Below are positions 43,852 through 51,305 of a stretch of DNA of 51,305 bases, one piece after another. The DNA is taken from IMG/VR virus record IMGVR_UViG_3300037882_001299, positions 1 to 51,305 of that record, one strand, 5' to 3'. Below the pieces are notes generated by a model. It was not told the origin of the DNA and ran no database searches. It worked only from the letters and a program-made list of their open reading frames with translations. The DNA is from a virus (taxonomy: Duplodnaviria; Caudoviricetes). Made by a program: the position numbers and the translations under genes. Numbering within the stretch: the stretch's first letter is position 1; each line of letters opens with the position of its first letter.

Positions 43852-46299
43852 CTACGGATTTATTCGTCTTTCGTCGTCATACTCAAGTTCCAAGTACATT
43901 GGTTTGAAGTCACTGTCGCCTAATGTGATAGAAGTTACGTACTCAATTTCAAACTGAACGAAGTTTACGTTGTTCTTATTGATTTCAATATTCTTCCAGC
44001 CCTTGTGAATGTCATCGAGGGTGATTGCCTTAGTCCATGCGGCGGTGGCAGATTGGTTGTAGTAACACTTTAGGTTAGCTACAGTTGTTGTCCCAGTTGC
44101 AGTACCAGGTGCCATCATTAGGCGCAGGTACTTAATGGTCGAGAGAGATGGTAGGTTGTACACCTTAGTGTAGATGTCTCCTTGATTCGGCTTCTGTGCA
44201 ATAGTGTCGATTGTTCCATCTCCGTGTGGGTACCACTTCTGTAGCACATAAGAAGGGTCGCCATCTTCCCAACCAAGAAAGATGCCAGAACGCGGCTCAC
44301 TTGACTCTTCATGCCCAACGAATATAGGGCCAGGAATTAAACCAGCGTTTGCTTGTGCGGCCATTGTACCTAACTTATATAGTTGCCCACGACCTCCAGC
44401 AACTGAACCGTACCCGTACAGGATTCCGTTCTTTCCAAACCAGACAGAGAGGTTATCTAATTGAGATACTCCTCTACGTGACGGTGGGTACCCGGCCTTT
44501 TCGAATGTGTGTAGGACAGCGAATTGGTTTCCTGAGATACCACGGAGCTCTGTGAATCCAGAGTTTCCAAGAGTGATGCATAGAATGTCTCCAGTAGAAG
44601 ACATGAACACTGAACGTATTTCCTTAGCCCCAGGACAAGGGTAGAAGTCGGCTGCTCCTTGGATTTGGGTGCGTCTATCCCACGCATAAACACCAACGCG
44701 ATTAGCGCCAAATGTACGGCTCTCGGTGTTACCAGCGTACAACCTATCTGCCATTTGAATACCAATGTACATGCGGGAACGAGTCTCCGCAACGTCGGCA
44801 ATTTCTATGTAGGACGGGAATACCAATGCATCCTCAGTCACCTTACCAACAAACCCTCCAGTGAGTGAACCATCAAGCGTGTGTATCCTATTACCCACAA
44901 TCCAGTAAGTAAGCCCGTTATCGGCTAGATACAGGAAGTTGTCTTGATTTGGTTGCACATCGAACTGGCCAGTAGCCGAGGTAGCTGACCAGTCATCTTG
45001 TCTATTGAGTACGAAGCTAAAGTCAAAGTCGTCGTGTTGCGCCGTTAGTATGTCCCCGTTTATGTTAAGAGTTTCCCAACGCCCCAAGGTACTCTGATAT
45101 GCCTTTGCGTAGCGTAGGTAGATTCCGTCATCATTTAGGGTGGACATCCAAGTTAGTTGGTCGGTACTCCCAGACATATTAGAACCAGACTCTTCTAATA
45201 CGAGCCAGTATTCTGTGTTGGCGGTAAGGCTAACCACAGAGGAGAAGTCTAGGTGTGTACGAATGTATCTAGAAAAGTTAGATAGATTACTTATAGTCGA
45301 TAGCGCGAATGTGACAGAGGCTACTTCAGTGCCAGAAGGAGCACCAAATCTATTCCAGTAGTCCTCCCACGCAGAACCAACTCCAGGTTCCTCGTTCGCT
45401 ATAGCTGCTGCGGAGTGGGCCAGGATACATTGCCATGTGAAACCTCCATTAGTAACAGTATTATTGACTGCGTAGTCAGTCACGGCGTTGGACCAGGCAC
45501 CGCGAGATGTGAAATCACCAGCGCTTGCACTGGCAGCAGTCTGAATAGAGAGCTTCATAGTAATCCCCGCGCCGGTTCCACCCTCCAGTGATAGAGCGAG
45601 GTCTACACCAGAAATTTGCGCTGTACCGTTAGTTGGGTTCGTTACAGATGATGTACCTGTGAAGAAGTCACTTGAATTAAACTGTTGAGCAAGCTTACGA
45701 GCTTTTGGTCCACCCCAACCACTTACTCCAGCGGTTGATGTTATGGTGTGGTATAGGGAACCAGTACCAAGCTCCTCGTCAGCTAGGTTATTATCTATAA
45801 GCGTCAATCCCTCAGTTGGGTCTATTGTTTTAAAACCAACATACATACCCCCCGTTCGAACTGTAGAACTAGTGTAGGTTATATCTGTGTTTGTATCTAT
45901 AGCATACAGTACACACTTCTTCCCGTTCACTTCGTAGATGAGCATGTCTTTTATGTCATGACCAGCAGTTATAGATAGGTAGTTAGAGACCACTATATCA
46001 TCCAGCCCATCAAGCTTAAGGATGTTTTCACCTTCCTCAGCAAGGTACACTACGTCGCTTTGTGGGTCGTATTGAATTGAGTTTAGGGGGGCAGCAATGG
46101 TTCCGGTCAGGGTTGTGAACGTGTTTACCGCAGGAGAAATGTAGCCGTATGTTTTGAGTGGGTTAAATATACCGTCAGCAAAAGAACCTTCGGCTCCTAA
46201 GTAGCGCAGGTTTGGTACGGCGGATGTATCATTAAGGTCCCCCTGATGTCTCTCAAGGAGCCCAACTTGGCCCGACAGGTCTATAATTATCTTGCTCAT
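43852..46299 (-). CDS. Tail nozzle/tube-like protein with CBM5/12-like insert
   Basis: 815 aa propeller-like; AWSNAVTDYAVNNTVTNGGFTWQC...EPG...W motif. Confidence 0.55.
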   Translation of the reverse strand: MSKIIIDLSGQVGLLERHQGDLNDTSAVPNLRYLGAEGSFADGIFNPLKTYGYISPAVNTFTTLTGTIAAPLNSIQYDPQSDVVYLAEEGENILKLDGLDDIVVSNYLSITAGHDIKDMLIYEVNGKKCVLYAIDTNTDITYTSSTVRTGGMYVGFKTIDPTEGLTLIDNNLADEELGTGSLYHTITSTAGVSGWGGPKARKLAQQFNSSDFFTGTSSVTNPTNGTAQISGVDLALSLEGGTGAGITMKLSIQTAASASAGDFTSRGAWSNAVTDYAVNNTVTNGGFTWQCILAHSAAAIANEEPGVGSAWEDYWNRFGAPSGTEVASVTFALSTISNLSNFSRYIRTHLDFSSVVSLTANTEYWLVLEESGSNMSGSTDQLTWMSTLNDDGIYLRYAKAYQSTLGRWETLNINGDILTAQHDDFDFSFVLNRQDDWSATSATGQFDVQPNQDNFLYLADNGLTYWIVGNRIHTLDGSLTGGFVGKVTEDALVFPSYIEIADVAETRSRMYIGIQMADRLYAGNTESRTFGANRVGVYAWDRRTQIQGAADFYPCPGAKEIRSVFMSSTGDILCITLGNSGFTELRGISGNQFAVLHTFEKAGYPPSRRGVSQLDNLSVWFGKNGILYGYGSVAGGRGQLYKLGTMAAQANAGLIPGPIFVGHEESSEPRSGIFLGWEDGDPSYVLQKWYPHGDGTIDTIAQKPNQGDIYTKVYNLPSLSTIKYLRLMMAPGTATGTTTVANLKCYYNQSATAAWTKAITLDDIHKGWKNIEINKNNVNFVQFEIEYVTSITLGDSDFKPMYLELEYDDERRINP

Positions 46300-47027
46300 T
46301 TTCTGTCTTGGATAAACTCATAATAATCAACAACTAGGTCGTGTGTTCCACTGTCTGAACCCTTGACAGAAATATATAGTGTGTTATATACATATGTAGA
46401 ATCAAAGGATGTTGTGATAGGCAGATGTTGACTGATAGAACCAACATATTTATCATCTATGAAGAAGTCCGCACGTTCTCGTGGGTAGTATCTAATCTCG
46501 CAAAGGTAGGAGGTTGTGCCAGATACCGTTATGTTTGTCTTGGATATTTTAGATTGCCCGCGATTATACGACATTATGTAAAACTCCCCATCAACTATCT
46601 TGAAACCAACAAACTCTGCGTTTGTGGCAAGGATAGGTGTTGTGGTGTTACGGGTATGGGCTGTTGTTATATATGCGGTGCATCCCTCACCACCCACAGT
46701 GCCATCATCAAAGTAAAAAGCAACACGCATCTTTGTGGGTCGAAGTACACTAAGAGTATTTGATTCTCCTACAGAAATACGGAAACGGTCGAAGTCTTCT
46801 GCGTCTGCAACTGAGGATATTGTACCCATCGGAGTGATTCCTGAGTGGTAAAAGAACCCTTCCCAAACAGAATCAGCAACTTTGTCGTTTACTACCTCAA
46901 GTACTCCGTCTTTAATCTCGTCAGAAGAAAACTTATCAATTTGGTACCTACGATTAAGAGCCTCTTCCATAGAGGCAACTTTTGTCTGTAGGTCTCTAAT
47001 TGATTTTTCTGTTTCTTGTACGTCCAT
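46296..47027 (-). CDS. Tail-associated protein (coiled coil plus lectin-like fold)
   Basis: 243 aa; N-terminal heptads; DFFIDD..VG motif. Confidence 0.45.
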   Translation of the reverse strand: MDVQETEKSIRDLQTKVASMEEALNRRYQIDKFSSDEIKDGVLEVVNDKVADSVWEGFFYHSGITPMGTISSVADAEDFDRFRISVGESNTLSVLRPTKMRVAFYFDDGTVGGEGCTAYITTAHTRNTTTPILATNAEFVGFKIVDGEFYIMSYNRGQSKISKTNITVSGTTSYLCEIRYYPRERADFFIDDKYVGSISQHLPITTSFDSTYVYNTLYISVKGSDSGTHDLVVDYYEFIQDRK

Positions 47028-47028
47028 G

Positions 47029-47229
47029 TTATTTGAATATTGATGTCACTGCAAACCACGCCCCCATGATTCCCATAATAGTGGTTGTGACGAATAGAAT
47101 TACCCGTCTTCCGACTACCGCACCGCGAACTAGTTCAAGTAGTGGTGCGACCTCATCTTTGTGTTCTTGGAAGTCCTTCTTTATTTCAGCAAGAGCCTGC
47201 ATTATTTCGTTGATTTCTTTCTTACTCAT
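47029..47229 (-). CDS. Small membrane protein
   Basis: 66 aa; coiled coil plus C-terminal TM. Confidence 0.55.
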   Translation of the reverse strand: MSKKEINEIMQALAEIKKDFQEHKDEVAPLLELVRGAVVGRRVILFVTTTIMGIMGAWFAVTSIFK

Positions 47230-47230
47230 A

Positions 47231-48145
47231 TTACATCATTCTAAAAAAGTTTGTGGTATTCGTTGCACTTGATAGCACAGCAGTGAAAGTCCCGTTCGAA
47301 GTGAATGTGTGGATGGTGTACGCACCAGATGTGGTTATTGTCCCACCTGTAGACGAAGTAGATACCCCATCTGAACCGTCAGTTTTGTACGCAACGATAG
47401 CGACACCCGTTCCCCCAGCTCCTCCGTTTCGGCCTCCTCCTGCTCCGTCAGCTCCCGCGCCACCCCCGCCACCTCCAGTATTGGCTGTACCAGCAGTACC
47501 AGCTTTTGGTGAAGCATCTCCACCTGTTCCGCCACCGCCTGCACCCCCCGCTCCAGAAGTACCATTATACGAGCCTCCTCCTCCGCCACCAGCATAGGTC
47601 ACAGATGCGCCTGATATTGAAGAAGCTGTACCAGCACCTCCAGCACCCCCGTTGCTTGGATTGCCTCCACCTCCAGCAACACCAGTACCTGTAGCTCCAC
47701 CTCCACCTCCGCCAGAGCCGTAGACACTACCTCCTCCTCCTCCGTTTGCACCATTGTTTCCAGTTCCTGTGGTTGGGCTGCCACCAGTGGAACTTCCAGC
47801 AGCAGCAGAACCACCAGTAGCTTGGGTATTAGCCCATCCGTTACCTCCTCCACCGGAACCACCATTACCTCCGTTTATGTTAGACGAGTCAGTTGGACCA
47901 CCCCCTCCACGGCCACCGCCAGCAGCAATCTGGATAGTACCTATAGAGGTGTCTCCACCGGCAGTGCTAACAGTACTACCTTCTAGACCAGCAACCCCAG
48001 CAGTTCCGATTGTTATTGTATGTGCACCAGCAGTAATAGTGAGAGCTGTATTTTCAACAAAACGACCAGCACCGCCTCCTCCACCACCGTGGTTAGCGCC
48101 ACCTCCTCCCCCGCCCCCTACAGATAATGCCCAAACTGTTGCCAC
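47231..48145 (-). CDS. Glycine-rich tail-fibre-associated protein
   Basis: GGGGG/GGAG repeats; YTIHTFTSNGTF. Confidence 0.7.
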   Translation of the reverse strand: MATVWALSVGGGGGGGANHGGGGGGAGRFVENTALTITAGAHTITIGTAGVAGLEGSTVSTAGGDTSIGTIQIAAGGGRGGGGPTDSSNINGGNGGSGGGGNGWANTQATGGSAAAGSSTGGSPTTGTGNNGANGGGGGSVYGSGGGGGGATGTGVAGGGGNPSNGGAGGAGTASSISGASVTYAGGGGGGSYNGTSGAGGAGGGGTGGDASPKAGTAGTANTGGGGGGAGADGAGGGRNGGAGGTGVAIVAYKTDGSDGVSTSSTGGTITTSGAYTIHTFTSNGTFTAVLSSATNTTNFFRMM

Positions 48146-48155
48146 TGTTTAACTA

Positions 48156-48566
48156 TTAGATGTATTCGAAGTACTCTGGTTTATACGTCGCAACTATTTT
48201 CTGCCTTAGAGCAACAACTTCAGTTGCGTCGTCTGCAAGAAGACCCCTGTCTACAACAAACTTCATAACTCTGTCTAAATGGTTTACGTCGTTGAACCAT
48301 TGGACTCTCGCTGTTACCGCTATGTCCTCCACGACCACATCTTCTGCGGCTTTGATAATCTCCGCTTTATCTCCAACGTCTAGTTTAGCGTCAATTTCCT
48401 TGCTACTGTTGAATACCTCTAGACGTGAGTTAATCCAGTGATTGAATCCTTCCTCATTTTGCGGTATAACCCATTCATTTACTGTCTTCTCTCCGTCAGA
48501 GAAATCTACATAAATCTTTATTGCGTTACCTTCGTATACTTTTTGTGTTACTGTTGCTGAAAACAT
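48156..48566 (-). CDS. Hypothetical protein
   Basis: 136 aa in the tail block. Confidence 0.6.
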   Translation of the reverse strand: MFSATVTQKVYEGNAIKIYVDFSDGEKTVNEWVIPQNEEGFNHWINSRLEVFNSSKEIDAKLDVGDKAEIIKAAEDVVVEDIAVTARVQWFNDVNHLDRVMKFVVDRGLLADDATEVVALRQKIVATYKPEYFEYI

Positions 48567-48582
48567 ATTATTTTAATTATTT

Positions 48583-50307
48583 TTATCCTGATGCTAAACA
48601 TCTCCATTTTGAACTGACACTATTCCACACGAAACCAACATCTAAACGATTTGTAGTAACCGTAGTAGTTGGAAGTGCCACGGTAGAAGCTTCAAATGAA
48701 GCACCCCATGTGATTGCTCGTGCGCCAGTACCTGTAATTGCAATCCATAAAGTTTGTCCTTCAGTTGGTGTACCTGAAAGGTTAGTAGTGAATGAAGTGA
48801 TATCTACTGTCTGTGCTGTGATTGAGTAGAAATCTACATCATCTGTGTTGATGGTTGGAGTAGCAGATGAGGTGGTAGTTCCTGTCCTTGGTTTCACACG
48901 AGCAGTAAGGCTAGCCCCAGCGAGGGTTACGTCATTCCCTGCTTGTGTAAGGGTGGCGTCACCGTTGTCCCAGTTGATTACTCCTCCTTCTGCGAGGAAT
49001 AGGTCTGAGAATTGCCTAACGCTTGTCCCAAGTCGAAGTCCGTCATTTGTAGTTGGAAATAAAGCTGTTCCAGCGAGTTCTAGTTTGTCAGCATAACTAC
49101 CTGATGCAGTGATACCAAATCTTAAACGACCACCTTCAGAAGTAGATGTTTCTGTTTCTATTCCTCCATATAGAGAAGCATACAATTGTTTGTTTCCAGC
49201 ACTATCTTTACCATAAAAGTTGATTGTTCCGACAACATCGTCAGCAACAGGTGAAGCCGAGTTTTGATACAACTGTAAGATTGGACCATTTGCATCTGCC
49301 GAACCATTAACAATTATAAGGTCTCCATGAGTACCTGCTCCAGCACCCGTTCCTAATTCTATAGTGAAGTTACCGCCGCTACCCGAAGTTGGTGCGTTTC
49401 CTGAAAAGAGAGTAATACCCCCCCCATTTCCTGAAGTAGCACCCCCATTTCCTACGTAAATCCCAAGACTTCCCCCATTACCTGTTGCACCGCCTGTACC
49501 CGCTTCAAAGTATAGATTTCCTCCGTGACCTGTACCAAAGCCATCTCCGTTATAGACTTCAAAACCACCTCCGTTTGCTCCAGTTCCCACCCCCGAGCCT
49601 TGTCCTCCGTAAAAATCAAAGTAACCCCCGCTTGAATTGTTGGTGGTACCGCTAGATGCGAACCATGACATACCGTACCCATCGCCACCACCAGCATCGA
49701 AGTTAAGCGCACCATCTCCTAGTAGGTTAATTGTAGTACCTCCGTTAAGAGTTAGGTCATCAGTGGCGGGGTTGAATGTAAAACCAGTATAACCCTCAAT
49801 AGTTCCATCACCTGTCCAAATACCAATCTGGTTATCGACTGGTGTTCCCACCTTAGTAACATCACCACCCGCAGCAATCGTAGCCAGTTCAAAGTCTGTC
49901 TCCCCTGCATTGACCCGTATGACCTTAAGTGCATTACTAGCGTATGCCAACCCAGCAATAGAAGTTAGTTGTACATCTGAAGCTTGTTTGGCATTAATTT
50001 GAGTTTGGATAGCTGAAGTGACGCCCTTCAGGTAAGCGAGTTCTGTAAGTGACGGATATGTAGCTACAGCAAGGGCACCAAGCGTGTCTGTGTCAACCCA
50101 ATACGCAAGTTCATTCGCGGTACCTGAACCGTCTATCGTTCCCGAACCTGCCGCAGCAGCCCACTCTACCGCAGTACCCGCCAGGTTAGTGCGCAGGAAG
50201 TACCCCGGGGTCCCCAGGGCAGCTATGGTCTGGATTGCTATTTCTTCGTTGAGCGTGAGCTCGTCAAGACCTCCAATTCCTGGGTTCTGGGTATCACGAA
50301 ATGACAT
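48583..50307 (-). CDS. Tail fibre protein
   Basis: 574 aa mosaic with Gly-rich GG...G.G repeats; C-terminal GTP.EGQ...W...KWRCLA domain. Confidence 0.7.
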   Translation of the reverse strand: MSFRDTQNPGIGGLDELTLNEEIAIQTIAALGTPGYFLRTNLAGTAVEWAAAAGSGTIDGSGTANELAYWVDTDTLGALAVATYPSLTELAYLKGVTSAIQTQINAKQASDVQLTSIAGLAYASNALKVIRVNAGETDFELATIAAGGDVTKVGTPVDNQIGIWTGDGTIEGYTGFTFNPATDDLTLNGGTTINLLGDGALNFDAGGGDGYGMSWFASSGTTNNSSGGYFDFYGGQGSGVGTGANGGGFEVYNGDGFGTGHGGNLYFEAGTGGATGNGGSLGIYVGNGGATSGNGGGITLFSGNAPTSGSGGNFTIELGTGAGAGTHGDLIIVNGSADANGPILQLYQNSASPVADDVVGTINFYGKDSAGNKQLYASLYGGIETETSTSEGGRLRFGITASGSYADKLELAGTALFPTTNDGLRLGTSVRQFSDLFLAEGGVINWDNGDATLTQAGNDVTLAGASLTARVKPRTGTTTSSATPTINTDDVDFYSITAQTVDITSFTTNLSGTPTEGQTLWIAITGTGARAITWGASFEASTVALPTTTVTTNRLDVGFVWNSVSSKWRCLASG

Positions 50308-50341
50308 AGTTGTTTATAATTATAACACGTTTTTAACGTTC

Positions 50342-50815
50342 CTACAATCCCGCAGCAGCAAGGGATTTAATTTGCTTGACAATTTTACCTGCTGTTCCTG
50401 GTGTGGTATACGCGTCTAGGTCTGTTGTCCAAGGGTCGCCTCCACCTCCAGTGGCTACAGTAATAGCTTGTACTGGCTGTTGGTAATTTATTCGTACAGT
50501 GTATGCCCCTATTGTGTCGAGGAACGGGTCTCCTCCGCCATCAACAAGTAGAATACCCGACGTAACAGCTAAGGTATGGTCTGCCTCCTTTGGTCGTACT
50601 CTCCATCCATCTTTCAGGAAGATGTATATAGGGATAGAAGTACCTGAACCTACGTCAATATCATTACCCCCCACCTGTTCCATTGCTATACCATATTTAG
50701 AGTTGTCACCAGTCAACCACCAGTCTACCCAACGGCTCCACAAATCAAGCACGTTTAAAGTCGTGTCTGTAGTTATCGTTACTACCTTTGTTGTGCCATC
50801 AAATGCTAATGCCAT
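50342..50815 (-). CDS. Putative virion protein
   Basis: 157 aa in the tail block. Confidence 0.55.
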   Translation of the reverse strand: MALAFDGTTKVVTITTDTTLNVLDLWSRWVDWWLTGDNSKYGIAMEQVGGNDIDVGSGTSIPIYIFLKDGWRVRPKEADHTLAVTSGILLVDGGGDPFLDTIGAYTVRINYQQPVQAITVATGGGGDPWTTDLDAYTTPGTAGKIVKQIKSLAAAGL

Positions 50816-50822
50816 GATTAGA

Positions 50823-51305
50823 TTATACCAAGTACGCTCGGTCTGTTTCTGCGGTGAGTGTGATACTTTGTCCTGTTGCTCGCCCGATTGTGTAGGTAGT
50901 TACTACAGGCTTAGCACTCCCTGCGTTGCCAGCCACTACTGTTACAGCCGCGTCGGTTGCTGGAGTTCGACCTCCTTGTACGTTACCGTCGTAGTCAAAT
51001 GTGAAGGCGATAGAAGCACCACTGATTGTGCCAGCGATGTCGGCTGCGCTTGCATCATCTACTGTAATGGCTCCTGTGAGACCATAGTCGTTGGCTCCTG
51101 CAAGGTCTGTGAAGTACATGCGGTAGTAGCCTGTGCCTCCTGCGGTCAACACTGAGTTGAAGTTGAGAGTACCTGTCGCTGTGTATGGTTCGGTTTGTTC
51201 TGCTCCAGTTGAGTCTGTGAAGGTAAGGCGGTTTACATCATCAGTGTCGTAATCGTCAATGTATACACCTGTTGTAGTGATGAGAGTGTCACCTACGAAG
51301 TTCAT
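50823..51305 (-). CDS. 3' part of the origin-spanning ~500 aa virion protein
   Basis: In frame with 1-1119 across the 99-nt overlap. Confidence 0.75.
   Translation of the reverse strand: MNFVGDTLITTTGVYIDDYDTDDVNRLTFTDSTGAEQTEPYTATGTLNFNSVLTAGGTGYYRMYFTDLAGANDYGLTGAITVDDASAADIAGTISGASIAFTFDYDGNVQGGRTPATDAAVTVVAGNAGSAKPVVTTYTIGRATGQSITLTAETDRAYLV
51207..51305. repeat. Terminal direct repeat (copy of 1-99)
   Basis: Exact match. Confidence 0.95.

Noticed and set aside
47231-48145. Low-complexity CCN/GGN tract as a DNA repeat element
   Set aside because: Explained by glycine codons of a Gly-rich tail protein

Overview
The window is an apparently complete, circularly assembled dsDNA phage genome. 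Bases 1-99 are identical to 51207-51305, giving a unit length of about 51,206 bp, and one virion gene runs across the junction. It has a podovirus-like layout: minus-strand terminase, portal, scaffold, capsid, tail/nozzle, ejection and fibre genes, and no tape measure, integrase or DNA polymerase that I could recognise. The plus arm carries an HTH replication initiator with iterons, a primase-helicase with a separately encoded CHC2 zinc finger, nucleases, an RNA ligase plus polynucleotide kinase/phosphatase, dNMP kinase, lysis genes and GroEL/GroES. There are seven minus-strand tRNA genes, several of them atypical, plus additional tRNA-like and structured RNAs. Starts lacking Shine-Dalgarno sequences, and often leaderless, suggest a host such as a Patescibacterium/CPR (inference). 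The standout is a compact phage-encoded ubiquitin-like conjugation operon at 18018-20833: Ubl ending in Gly, an E2-like protein, a JAB peptidase and an E1/ThiF. It sits in a compositionally distinct early island of about 5 kb that is GCGG-rich, almost free of GGAG/CTCC, and bounded by a cluster of TTT-GGAG-AAA repeats. All calls are by eye from motifs and context; no searches were run.
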